This document shows, piece by piece, positions 1 through 8,679 of a stretch of 64,000 bases of DNA; position 1 is the first letter of the stretch, and each line of letters begins with the position of its first letter. Source of the stretch: Burkholderiales bacterium (GTDB lineage: Bacteria > Pseudomonadota > Gammaproteobacteria > Burkholderiales > SG8-39); contig JAHDYJ010000008.1 of assembly GCA_023383795.1 (NCBI GenBank), positions 3,582-67,581 of the forward strand, given 5' to 3'. A program made the position numbers and the translations under genes. Below the pieces are notes generated by a model, which searched no databases, had not been told where the DNA came from, and was given only the letters and a program-made list of their open reading frames with translations.

Positions 1-1
1 G

Positions 2-1609
2 GACGGACGGTGGCGGGCATTCACGCTCGCGAGCGCGCTCGAGCGCGCCGCGCGCGCCCATCCGCGGCGCGTCTTCCTCGCGGACCGCGACGGACGGCTC
101 ACGTACGCCGAGGTCGATCGGCTCGCCGACCGGCTCGCGGTCGAGCTCGCCGCCTGCGGCCTGCGAGCGCGCGAGATCGCGCTCGTGCAGCTGCCGAACG
201 TGCGCGAGTTCGCGCTCGCCTTCTTCGCGCTCCACAAGCTCGGCGCGATCCCGGTCCTGTGCCTGCCGGCGCACCGGCGCATGGAGATCGCCCACTTCGC
301 CGCGGCGACCGGCGCCGCCGCGCATTTCTTCGCGCCGGGCTTCCGCGGCTTCGACTACGTGGGCATGGCAAGAGAGGTCCAGGCCGAGGCGCCGACGGTT
401 CGCCTGCTCGTCGCGACCGGCAACGGCGCGGAGCCCGGCGTCCGCTATCTCGGCCCCTGGCTCGAGCGCGCGTCCGAGCCGCTCGACCGCGAGGCCGCGC
501 TCGGCCGGCATCGTCCGGACCCGTTCGACGTCGCGTTCATGCTGCTCTCGGGCGGCACGACCGGCACGCCGAAGCTGATCCCGCGCACCCACGCCGATTA
601 CCTCTACAACGCGACCGAATGCGCCCGCGTGCTCGCCTGGGGGCCGGACACCCGGTACATGATCGGCCTGCCCGCCGCGCACAATTTCGCGCTGGGCGCC
701 CCGGGCATGGTGGCGGCGCTTGCCGTCGGCGGCAGCGTCGCGCTCGCGCCGTCCACCGACGCCGACGAGCTGCTCGGGGCGATCGAGCGCGATCGCGCGA
801 CGGTGCTGCCGGTGACCCCGGCGCTGCTGATCCAGCTCCTCGACTGCCCGCGCCGGAGCAAGTACGACCTCGCGTCGCTGCAACAGATCTGCGTGGGCGG
901 GCAGCGCATGCTGCCCGAGCTCTTCGACCGGCTGCTCGCGGCGTTCCCGCACACGGAGCCGATCCACGCGTTCGGCATGGCTGAAGGCCTGACCAACCTG
1001 AGCCGGCCCGACGACCCGCTCGCGCTCCGGCGCGAGACGCAGGGGCGGCCGGTCTCGCCGGCCGACGAGATCCGGATCGTCGACGACGACGGCGCCGACG
1101 TGCCCGCCGGCGCGGTCGGCGAGCTGATCACGCGCGGCCCGTACACGATCCGCGGCTATTACCGCGGCGCCGAGCACGACCGCGCCGCGTTCACCGCCGA
1201 CGGGTACTACCGCACCGGCGATCTCGTCCGCATGCACGCGAGCGGGAACCTGGTCGTCGAGGGGCGCAGGAAGGATCTCATCAACCGCGGCGGCGAGAAG
1301 ATCAGCGCCGAGGAGGTCGAGAACCTGATCCTCGGTCACGAGAAGGTGCAGATGGCCGCCGTCGTGGCGATGCCCGACCCGGTCATGGGCGAGCGCGCCT
1401 GCGCGTTCGTGGTGCCCAAGGAAGGCGCGTCGGTCACGCTGGCCGAGGTCAACGCGTTCCTGCTCGCCAGGCAGATCGCGAAGTTCAAGCTGCCCGAGCG
1501 GCTGGAGGTCGTCCGGGCGTTCCCGTGCACCGCGATGGGCAAGGTCTCGAAGAAGGCGCTGCGCGACGAGATCGCGGCGCGCGTGCGCGCGGAGCACGCC
1601 GGCGGCTGA
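2..1609 (+). CDS. Aryl-acid adenylating enzyme of the EntE/DhbE (2,3-dihydroxybenzoate/salicylate-AMP ligase) type; 5' end cut by window edge
   Basis: The frame of track ORF 185..1609 stays open back to nt 2 (DGRWRAFTLASALERAARAHPRRVFLADRDGRLTYAEVDRLADRLA...). ANL-superfamily motifs LLSGGTTGTPKLIPRTH, YYRTGD, RGGEKISAEEVE and the C-terminal KFKLPERLEVVRAFPCTAMGKVSKK closely resemble EntE/DhbE. Confidence 0.9.
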   Translation, partial: DGRWRAFTLASALERAARAHPRRVFLADRDGRLTYAEVDRLADRLAVELAACGLRAREIALVQLPNVREFALAFFALHKLGAIPVLCLPAHRRMEIAHFAAATGAAAHFFAPGFRGFDYVGMAREVQAEAPTVRLLVATGNGAEPGVRYLGPWLERASEPLDREAALGRHRPDPFDVAFMLLSGGTTGTPKLIPRTHADYLYNATECARVLAWGPDTRYMIGLPAAHNFALGAPGMVAALAVGGSVALAPSTDADELLGAIERDRATVLPVTPALLIQLLDCPRRSKYDLASLQQICVGGQRMLPELFDRLLAAFPHTEPIHAFGMAEGLTNLSRPDDPLALRRETQGRPVSPADEIRIVDDDGADVPAGAVGELITRGPYTIRGYYRGAEHDRAAFTADGYYRTGDLVRMHASGNLVVEGRRKDLINRGGEKISAEEVENLILGHEKVQMAAVVAMPDPVMGERACAFVVPKEGASVTLAEVNAFLLARQIAKFKLPERLEVVRAFPCTAMGKVSKKALRDEIAARVRAEHAGG

Positions 1610-1621
1610 GCGCCTTCGGCG

Positions 1622-2542
1622 TCAGTCGTCGGCGAAGAGCTCGGCGATCTGTCGCCGGAACCAGGCGTGGGCCGGGTCGCGCTGCGCGCGGGCGTGCCAC
1701 TGCTGGGTGATCGTCAGCACCGGCGTCTGGAACGGCAGCGGCTTCACGCCGAGCGTCGTGCGGTCGCCGATCATCGACTTCGCGAGCCGCCCCGGCAGCG
1801 TCAGCAGCAGGTCGGATTCGGCGATGATCGCGTCGAGCCCGAGCGCGTGGCCGGCGATGAAGGTGACGTGGCGCTCCAGCCGCTCGCGCACGAGCGCCTT
1901 GTGCAGCGCGCGGCGCAGCGATGCGTACGTCGCCCCGCCCGGCCGGTAGTCCACGTGGCGCGCCTTGAGGTAGTCGGCCTTGGTGAGGGTCTTCCCGAAC
2001 AGCGGGTGCCTGCGGCGCATCAGGACGACGAAGGTCTCCGAGAAGAGCCGCTGCCGGACGTAGTCGGCGCCCATCGCCGGCCAGTTCCCGATCACGAGGT
2101 CGATCGCGCCCTCGTGCATCGCGCGGCGACCCTCCTCGACCGACGCCTCGATCGTGTCGATGCGCACGTCGGGCGCCGCCGCTGCCAGGTGCTTGAGCAG
2201 GCGCGGCACGAAGATCAGCTGCGCGAGGTCGCTCGCGAGGATGCGGAAGAGGCGGTCCGAGCTTAGCGGCTCGAACCGGCGCGGCGCCTTGATCGCGCCG
2301 TCGATCGCGCTCAGCCCTTCGTCGATCGGGCCGATGATCGACTCGACGAGCGGCGTGGGCAGCATGCCCTCGGCCGACGGCACGAACAGCGGATCGTCGA
2401 GGCGCTCGCGCAGCCGGCGCAGCGCGTTGCTCACCGCCGACTGGGTCATCCCGAGCCGGGCGCCCGCCTTCGACGCGCTGCGCGTGGCGTACACCGTGCG
2501 CAGCACGTGCAGCAGGTTGAGGTCGATGCCGTTGAGGTTCAT
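1622..2542 (-). CDS. LysR-family transcriptional regulator
   Basis: Internal ATG of track ORF 1622..3265 (cat at 2540..2542) gives 306 aa. It starts MNLNGIDLNLLHVLRTVYATRSASKAGARLGMTQSAVSNALRRLRE (LysR wHTH), followed by a LysR substrate-binding domain. The start overlaps the yqeC stop as ATGA. Confidence 0.9.
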   Translation of the reverse strand: MNLNGIDLNLLHVLRTVYATRSASKAGARLGMTQSAVSNALRRLRERLDDPLFVPSAEGMLPTPLVESIIGPIDEGLSAIDGAIKAPRRFEPLSSDRLFRILASDLAQLIFVPRLLKHLAAAAPDVRIDTIEASVEEGRRAMHEGAIDLVIGNWPAMGADYVRQRLFSETFVVLMRRRHPLFGKTLTKADYLKARHVDYRPGGATYASLRRALHKALVRERLERHVTFIAGHALGLDAIIAESDLLLTLPGRLAKSMIGDRTTLGVKPLPFQTPVLTITQQWHARAQRDPAHAWFRRQIAELFADD

Positions 2543-3360
2543 CGGCGTGGGGCCAGGCGTTCGCCGGCGGCGGGCGCATGCGGCGGATCGAACGCCGCCA
2601 GCGCGGCGAGCGCCGGCGCCGGGAGCAGGCAGCCGGCGACGACCCGGTGCAGGGTCGTGCCGCGGGCGGCGGCGATCCGCAGCGCGATACGCAGCGCCGC
2701 GGTCCGGCGGTCCGGCGTGTCGGCGCGATTCAGGAAGAGTACGCGCCGTGCGCGCGCCGGGCAGCCCTTCGTGAGCCCTTCGGGTTCGAGCGCGATCGCG
2801 GCCAGCGACTCCGCGCTGATCGGCGCGCCGGGGGCGAGGCCCGTCCGCTGCGCCCAGATCTCCGGCCGGAACAGGTTGTCCGCCGACAACGGCCGGCCGA
2901 GCCCGTTCAACCCGGCGACCACGATCACCGCGTCGCTCGAGGCGGGAACGACCGGCTCGTGCGCGGCGGGCGCCTTGAGCGGCCTGCGCGCCGAGCCGTC
3001 GGCCTCGACGAGAATGCGGTCGAAGCAGGCCGCCGGCTTCAACCGGTCGACGAGCTCGGGCGCAAGACCGGCGAGCTTCCCGTCCGCGCGGCCGGCGCCC
3101 GCGTAGGCGACCAGCGCGCCGCCGCCCTGCTCGAAAAGACGGCGGGCGTGCGCCAGGAGCTCCTCGGCGCTGCCCGCGGCGACCGTCGGCCACGGGCCGG
3201 CCGCCTCGCTGCGGGCGATCTTCGTGGTGGTCGTGACGAGGACACGCTCGCCCGCGCCCGCCCACTCCCGCGCGAGCGCGAACATCAGCGTCGTCTTGCC
3301 GCCCGCGCCGCAGAGCGCGACCAGGCGCGCGCGCTCGAGACCGAGCGCCGCAGTCAGCAT
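2539..3360 (-). CDS. yqeC: Selenium-dependent Mo-hydroxylase accessory protein, YqeC family (P-loop)
   Basis: 273 aa from the internal ATG at 3360 of track ORF 2539..4128. MLTAALGLERARLVALCGAGGKTTLMFALAREWAGAGERVLVTTTTKI is the characteristic YqeC N-terminus (GxGGKTT P-loop followed by VTTTTK). Confidence 0.85.
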   Translation of the reverse strand: MLTAALGLERARLVALCGAGGKTTLMFALAREWAGAGERVLVTTTTKIARSEAAGPWPTVAAGSAEELLAHARRLFEQGGGALVAYAGAGRADGKLAGLAPELVDRLKPAACFDRILVEADGSARRPLKAPAAHEPVVPASSDAVIVVAGLNGLGRPLSADNLFRPEIWAQRTGLAPGAPISAESLAAIALEPEGLTKGCPARARRVLFLNRADTPDRRTAALRIALRIAAARGTTLHRVVAGCLLPAPALAALAAFDPPHAPAAGERLAPRR

Positions 3361-4238
3361 CGCAGCGTGGCCGGGGACTCGACGCGCACGTCGTTGCAGT
3401 GGCGCATCACGGCCTCCAGCACCGCGCCGGCGATCGCGCGCGCCTTGTCCGAGATCGTGTCGCAGTACTCGCGGCGCCCGCGCGGGTCGATGTCGCCGAT
3501 CTTCAAGCCCGGCACGACCGCCGTGCCGGCGCGGATCAGCCCGCGCAGGACGCCGTCGATCCCGGCCTTCACCGGCTGCCCGGCGACCCGGCCGATGACT
3601 TCCTGCGCATGCACGAGATCGCCGATGGCGCGGTCGGTCTCGAAGGCGCCGGCGGCGGGCGCGCGCAGCACGCGGTCCGCCGCGTGCCCGGCGATCTCGC
3701 CGGGCACGCCGGTGTTCGGCGCGGCGCTGCCGGAGACGATGATGCGCCCGAGGTCGTGGCCGCGATTGGTCTCGACCACGAGATGGCAGTCCGCGCCCGC
3801 GACGAAGCCCGGTCCGAGCGCGATCACCATCGGCGCGTTGTCCTTGCGGGTGCCGGTGTTGCGCTTGGCGAGGATGGCGTCGACGACGACCTCGGGCGCA
3901 AGCCCCGCGATCCGCGCCCAGTCGCCGGTGCGGACGACGGCGATCTCCCGCACGCGCCAGGCGCGCTCGATCTCCTCGCGCGTGCGCGCGGCGCGCGCGC
4001 GCACGCCCTCCACGGACGCGGCGCCCGACTCGAGGGCGGTGCAGAAGGACACCGTCCTCCGCACGCAGAGAGGATTCTCCAGATCGAGCATGCAGATGCG
4101 CCGCAGGTGGGCCATATGGAGCCGCCACGCGACCGCGCTCGCCATCTCGCCGGCGCCCTTGACCAGGATCACCGGCGAGAGCGGCGCGTCGGTCGACGCT
4201 TGCCGCAGCGCAGGTGACATCGTGCGGAGCTCGCCCAT
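3354..4238 (-). CDS. yqeB: Selenium-dependent molybdenum hydroxylase system protein, YqeB/EF2563 family
   Basis: Track ORF 3354..4262. ILVKGAGEMASAVAWRL...VVDAILAKRNTGT...VIALGPGFVAGADCHLVVETNRGHDLGRII...GDIDPRG...ISDKARAIAGAVLEAV matches the YqeB-family pattern from memory. The start is uncertain: ATG at 4238 or 4220, TTG at 4262, none with a strong RBS. Overlaps the yqeC start by 7 nt. Confidence 0.8.
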   Translation of the reverse strand: MGELRTMSPALRQASTDAPLSPVILVKGAGEMASAVAWRLHMAHLRRICMLDLENPLCVRRTVSFCTALESGAASVEGVRARAARTREEIERAWRVREIAVVRTGDWARIAGLAPEVVVDAILAKRNTGTRKDNAPMVIALGPGFVAGADCHLVVETNRGHDLGRIIVSGSAAPNTGVPGEIAGHAADRVLRAPAAGAFETDRAIGDLVHAQEVIGRVAGQPVKAGIDGVLRGLIRAGTAVVPGLKIGDIDPRGRREYCDTISDKARAIAGAVLEAVMRHCNDVRVESPATLRC

Positions 4239-4285
4239 GTGTGGGGCTATAACTCGTCTCAAACTGTGACTACGCAGCCCACGGA

Positions 4286-4320
4286 GGGGATATACAAGGG
4301 GGCTTCCCCTCCTTGTTCGT
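4286..4320. repeat. GC-rich imperfect palindrome GGGGATATACAAGGGGGCTTCCCCTCCTTGTTCGT; a related copy lies at 40173..40204
   Basis: Read directly. Arms ACAAGG(G)GGG / CCCC(T)CCTTGT. Lies in the 130-nt gap between the CoA-ligase stop (4393) and the yqeB start. Aligns with the reverse complement of 40173..40204. Confidence 0.5.
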
Positions 4321-4392
4321 ACGACCGGGGTTCGAGTTGCATGCCGAGTTCGTCCAACGAAGTCCGGGGCGCTCGCATTCCTCAGGCACCTG

Positions 4393-5718
4393 TTACTGCA
4401 GGCGGATGATCCGCTTGGCCTTGCCCTCGACGCGGGGCAGGCTGCCGACGTCGCAGACCTCGACGTCCGGCGTGACCATGATGCGGTACTTGATCGTCTC
4501 GATCAGGAAGTCCCGCGCCGCCGCGATCCGGTCCTGCGGGACGTGCTCGTGCGCCGGCTCGACGCGGACCTTCAGGCGCTCGCCGCTGCCCATGCGCGGG
4601 ACGACCAGCTGGTACTCCTGCGAGAACTCGTCCACCTTGTGCAGCAGGTTCTGGATCTGCGTCGGGAAGATGTTGACGCCGGCGAACTGGAACATGTCGT
4701 CGGTGCGGCCGAGCACGCCGCCGTCGAGGCGCAGGAAGGTGCGCCCGCACTCGCACGGCGCGCGGTTGAAGCGGACGAGGTCGCGCGTGCGGTAGCGGAC
4801 GAGCGGCATGCTCTCGCAGCAGAGATTGGTGAGCACGAGCTCGCCGATCGCGCCGTCGGGGAGCGGGGCGAGCGTCTCCGGATCCAGCACCTCGGCGAGC
4901 AGCATGCTCTCGATCACGTGCGTCCCCTGGTGCCGGACGCACTCGTAACCGAAGTTGGTGATCTCGGTCGAGCCGATGTCGTCGAAGCACTCGGCGCCCC
5001 ACTGGGACTCCAGGGCCTTCTTGGTCGAGAGGACCGCGGCGCCGGGCTCGCCGGCGGCCACGATCTTCGCGATGGACGATCCGGGCAGGTCGATCCCGTT
5101 CTTGCGCGCCGTCTCCGCCAGGTAGAGCAGGTACGAGGGCGTGCCGCACACGACCGTGGCGCCCCAGTCGAGCATCGAGCGCAGGCGATCCTTGGAGCTC
5201 TGGCCGCCGCCCGGAATGACCATCAGCCCGGCCCGCTCCATCGCGGTCTGGAAGCCCCACCAGGCGACGAAGAGGCCGTAGTTGAACGGCACGAACAGCA
5301 CGTCGTCCTCGGTGAGCCCGTAGCCGCAGCGGAAGTGGCTGAACTGCTCGTAGAAGTTCTCGTGCCAGTCCTTGCGGCTCCACATCACGCGCACCGGGCG
5401 GCCGGTGGTGCCGGAGGTCTGGAAGACGCGCACCGCCTCCCGCGGGGTGATGCATGCGAAGTCGCCCCACGGCGGGTGGCGCTCCTGGCTCTCGCGGAGC
5501 TCGTCCTTCTCGGTGAAGGGGATCGCGCGCACGTCGTCGTAGGAACGGATCTCCTCCGGGCGCACGCCGGCGGCGTCGAGCTTGCGGCGGTAGAACGGGC
5601 TGCGCTCGCGGACGTAGGCGAGCTGGTCGCGGAGCTTGCCGAGCTGGAGCTGCGCGAGCTCGTCGCGCGGCATGCGCTCGAGCCGCTCGTTCCAGTAGAA
5701 GACCTGCCCGCAGGTCAT
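4393..5718 (-). CDS. Phenylacetate-CoA ligase family (PaaK-like) adenylate-forming enzyme
   Basis: 441 aa. FQTSGTTGRPVRV (AMP-binding P-loop), the length and the C-terminal LPRVEGKAKRIIR are typical of PaaK/F390-synthetase-type ligases. The start overlaps the upstream Mo-subunit stop as ATGA. Confidence 0.9.
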   Translation of the reverse strand: MTCGQVFYWNERLERMPRDELAQLQLGKLRDQLAYVRERSPFYRRKLDAAGVRPEEIRSYDDVRAIPFTEKDELRESQERHPPWGDFACITPREAVRVFQTSGTTGRPVRVMWSRKDWHENFYEQFSHFRCGYGLTEDDVLFVPFNYGLFVAWWGFQTAMERAGLMVIPGGGQSSKDRLRSMLDWGATVVCGTPSYLLYLAETARKNGIDLPGSSIAKIVAAGEPGAAVLSTKKALESQWGAECFDDIGSTEITNFGYECVRHQGTHVIESMLLAEVLDPETLAPLPDGAIGELVLTNLCCESMPLVRYRTRDLVRFNRAPCECGRTFLRLDGGVLGRTDDMFQFAGVNIFPTQIQNLLHKVDEFSQEYQLVVPRMGSGERLKVRVEPAHEHVPQDRIAAARDFLIETIKYRIMVTPDVEVCDVGSLPRVEGKAKRIIRLQ

Positions 5719-8084
5719 GCGCCGACCTTCTCCTTCGGCTTCGGTTGTTTCGCCTTGAACTCGAGCGCCTTCAGCCCGTACAGGATCCTCTCGGCAGTGA
5801 AGGGCGTGGAGTTCAGACGCACGCCGGTGGCGTCGTACACGGCGTTCGCCATCGCCGCGAGGATGCCGGACACGAGCCCCTCGCCGACCTCCTTGGTGCG
5901 ATAGGGCTGCCCGACGCGGTACTGCTCGGTGATGACGTCGGCGTCCTCGGAGACCGCCATGTTGTGGATGGTCGGCATCCGGTAGTCGAGCCAGTTCGGA
6001 TTCAGCGTGTAGCCGTCCTTGGTCATCACCTCTTCCATGAACGCGTGGCCGAGCGCCATCGAGATCTGGCCGTCGATCTGCCCTTTCACCAGGGCCGGGT
6101 TCACGGGGAAGCCGCAGTCGTGCACGGTGAGTGCTTTCACCAGGCGCGCCTCGCCGGTCTCGATGTCCACCTCGACCTCGGCCACCTGGGCGCTGAAGGC
6201 GTAGTTCTCGGTCCAGCGGCCCTTGGTGGTCGCGAGGCTCGGATGGTTCGGCTCGTCGCGCATCGTGCGCCAGTAGCCCTCGCCGATCACAGTATCGCCG
6301 CGGCGGGTGGCGACGCTCGCGGCGATCACCTCGCGATAGGTCATGCGCGCCGAGGGATCGCGCGTGCTGTAGACGACCTTGTCCTTCACGGCGAGGTCGC
6401 CGACCGGCACGCCGAGCCGCTCAGAGGCCACCGCGACCAGCTTGTCGCGGGCGTTGCCGGCGGCCTGGCGGGCGGCGTTGCCGGTGACGTAGGTCATGCC
6501 GCTGATCCACGCGCCGATGTCCTGCGGCGTGGTGTCGGTGTCCGACGAGACGATCTTCACGTCGTCCATGCCGATCGCGAGCTCCTCGGCGACGATCTGC
6601 GAGATCACGGTCTCCGAGCCCTGCCCGATGTCGATCGCGCCGGTCAGCACCACCGCCGAGCCGTCGTCGTTCATCTTGACGATGACCGCCGAGCCGTTCG
6701 GGTAGATCAGCGTCCCGCCCATGTAGGCGCTGACGCCGATGCCGATGCCGCGGCGGATCGTGCCCTGCGGCGGCGACCGGCGATCGCGGCCGTGCTTCTC
6801 GAGAAAGCCGGACTTCTCGGCGGCCACCTTGATGCAGTCGGCGAGCCCCGCGTTGTGGACGTTGTCGCCGTTCGGCAGCGCCTCCCCCGGCAGGCGCGCG
6901 TTGCGCAGCCGGATCGTGATCGGATCGATGCCGAGCTCCTCGGCGATCCGGTCGAGCTGCGACTCGATCGCGAAGCGGATCTGCGGGGCGCCGTGGCCGC
7001 GCTGGGGCGCGCGCACCGGGTAGTTGGTGTAGACCGAGAAGCCCTCGTAGCGCAGGTTCGGGATGCGGTACGGGATCATGGTGAAGCCCCAGGCGAGGAA
7101 GATCACCACCACGCCGCTGCCGCGGAACCCGCCCGAGTTGTTGATCACGCGGATTTGCTGCGCGACGATGGTGCCGTCCTTCTTGACGCCGGTCTTGATC
7201 TCCATCGCGAGCGGCTGGCCATGGCGGTAGGCCGAGAAGATCTCCTCGCGGGTCGCGACGATCCGCACCGGCCGTCCGGTGATCATCGACAGGCGCGCCG
7301 CGCAGTACTCGTGCGAGTAGAGGTCGATCTTGCCGCCGAACGTGCCGCCGACGTAGGTCTTGTGGATCCGCACCGCCGAGTACGGCAAATCGAGCGTGCG
7401 GGCGAGCTTGGCGCGCTTGACGAACGCCCCCATCGAGGACGTCCAGACGTTCATCTTGCCGCCTTCCCAGTGGGCGAGGGTCACGTGCGGCTCGAGGTAC
7501 CCGTGCGTGCGCAGGTGGCTCTCGAAGCGGTCCTCGCGCACGTAGTCGGACTCGGCGAAGCCGCGTTCGACGTCGCCCCACTCGGTCTCCGACTTGCCGC
7601 CGACGTTCGCGTACGGGTCGGTGACCTTGGGATGGCTGGGATGCACCTCCGGCGCGCCGGGCTTCATCGCCTCGACCGGGTCGAAGACCGCGGGAAGCTC
7701 CTCGTACTCGACTTCGATCAGCTCCACGGCCTTCAGCGCGGTGATCTGGTCGACCGCGGCGACCGCGGCCACCTCCTCGCCGACGTACACCACCTTGCCG
7801 CGCGCCAGCACTTCCTGGTCGGCCGGGTAGCGCGGCGTCTCGACGAAGCCGTGCCTGATCCCCTTGGTGTCGTCGACCGTGATCACCGCCTTGACCCCGG
7901 GCAGCGCTCTTGCGCGCGAGGTGTCGATGCGCGCGATGCGGGCGTGCGGATGCGGGCTGCGCAGGATCCGCCCGGCGAGCGTGCCCGGCAGCTTCACGTC
8001 CTGGGCGTAGACGGCCTTGCCGGTGACCTTGTCCGGGCCGTCCTTGCGCCGCCAGCTCTTGCCGACGTAGTTGAGATCGCTCAT
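5715..8084 (-). CDS. Molybdopterin-binding large subunit of a xanthine-dehydrogenase-family enzyme, 4-hydroxybenzoyl-CoA reductase alpha (HcrA)-like
   Basis: Track ORF 5715..8114. Full-length aldehyde oxidase/XDH a/b-hammerhead plus Mo-binding domains (GKSWRRKDGPDKVTGKAVYAQD..., GGTFGGK, RGHGAPQ, KEVGEG). The ATG at 8084 has the RBS GGAAGG 7-8 nt upstream; the alternative ATG at 8114 lacks one. Confidence 0.9.
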   Translation of the reverse strand: MSDLNYVGKSWRRKDGPDKVTGKAVYAQDVKLPGTLAGRILRSPHPHARIARIDTSRARALPGVKAVITVDDTKGIRHGFVETPRYPADQEVLARGKVVYVGEEVAAVAAVDQITALKAVELIEVEYEELPAVFDPVEAMKPGAPEVHPSHPKVTDPYANVGGKSETEWGDVERGFAESDYVREDRFESHLRTHGYLEPHVTLAHWEGGKMNVWTSSMGAFVKRAKLARTLDLPYSAVRIHKTYVGGTFGGKIDLYSHEYCAARLSMITGRPVRIVATREEIFSAYRHGQPLAMEIKTGVKKDGTIVAQQIRVINNSGGFRGSGVVVIFLAWGFTMIPYRIPNLRYEGFSVYTNYPVRAPQRGHGAPQIRFAIESQLDRIAEELGIDPITIRLRNARLPGEALPNGDNVHNAGLADCIKVAAEKSGFLEKHGRDRRSPPQGTIRRGIGIGVSAYMGGTLIYPNGSAVIVKMNDDGSAVVLTGAIDIGQGSETVISQIVAEELAIGMDDVKIVSSDTDTTPQDIGAWISGMTYVTGNAARQAAGNARDKLVAVASERLGVPVGDLAVKDKVVYSTRDPSARMTYREVIAASVATRRGDTVIGEGYWRTMRDEPNHPSLATTKGRWTENYAFSAQVAEVEVDIETGEARLVKALTVHDCGFPVNPALVKGQIDGQISMALGHAFMEEVMTKDGYTLNPNWLDYRMPTIHNMAVSEDADVITEQYRVGQPYRTKEVGEGLVSGILAAMANAVYDATGVRLNSTPFTAERILYGLKALEFKAKQPKPKEKVGA

Positions 8085-8121
8085 CGCGCTACCTTCCGGT
8101 GTCGTGCGGTCCATGGCGGCG

Positions 8122-8649
8122 TCACTTCATGACCGGCTTCACGCCCTGGCCGGACGCCTGCAGCACGGCGTCGACGATCGCGTTGTAGCCGGTGCACCGG
8201 CAGAGGTTCCCCTCCAGCGCCTTGTTTATCTCCTCGCGCGAGGGCCGCGGGCTGCGCTCGAGCAGCGCGGTGGCCGACATCAGCATGCCCGGGGTGCAGA
8301 ACCCGCACTGGAGCCCGCCCTGGTCGAGGAACGCCTCCTGCAGCGCGCTCAGCTTCTCGCCGTCGGCCAGGCCCTCGACGGTGCGCACCTGCCTGCCGTC
8401 GCACTCGACGGCGAGCGTGATGCAGGCGAGCACCGGCCGGCCGTCGACGAGCACCGTGCAGGCGCCGCAGGTGCCGCACTCGCAGCTCGCCTTGGTGCCG
8501 GTGAGCCCGATCGCGTCGCGGATCGCCTCGACCAGCGTGACCCGCGGCTTGACCGCGACCTCGTGCCACTCGCCGTTCACGCACAGCGAGACGAGCCGCG
8601 CACGCGTCCGCGCCTCGCTGCCGAGACCGCTCTTGGTGACGTCCAGCAT
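8122..8649 (-). CDS. [2Fe-2S]-binding small subunit (HcrC/CoxS-like)
   Basis: Both cluster motifs are present: CECGTCGACTV and CGFCTPG...CRCTGY. The ATG at 8649 is preceded by GAGGAGGG; the track start at 8664 is an alternative. Confidence 0.9.
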   Translation of the reverse strand: MLDVTKSGLGSEARTRARLVSLCVNGEWHEVAVKPRVTLVEAIRDAIGLTGTKASCECGTCGACTVLVDGRPVLACITLAVECDGRQVRTVEGLADGEKLSALQEAFLDQGGLQCGFCTPGMLMSATALLERSPRPSREEINKALEGNLCRCTGYNAIVDAVLQASGQGVKPVMK

Positions 8650-8679
8650 CTGATCCCTCCTCATCGCGTCCGGACCGGC

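Noticed and set aside
10-984. 324-aa ORF at the left edge
   Set aside because: It is out of frame with, and fully overlapped by, the EntE-like ligase frame, which carries unmistakable ANL motifs. The product is poly-Arg/Ala.
1622-3265. Reading track ORFs at full length as single proteins. Examples: LysR as 547 aa, CHASE2 cyclase as 713 aa, DUF928 as 702 aa, kinase as 1034 aa, TerC as 386 aa
   Set aside because: The N-terminal extensions are junk-composition read-through into neighbouring genes. Internal ATG/GTG starts give family-typical lengths, usually with an RBS or a 4-nt overlap with the upstream stop.
5745-8132. 795-aa plus-strand ORF opposite the HcrA-like gene. Similar shadow ORFs occur at 25900..28536, 37312..40236, 43707..45656, 29311..30954 and 23023..25305
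   Set aside because: All are antisense shadows of well-supported genes in a high-GC3 genome. They are Arg/Ala/His/Asp-rich with no domain signatures.
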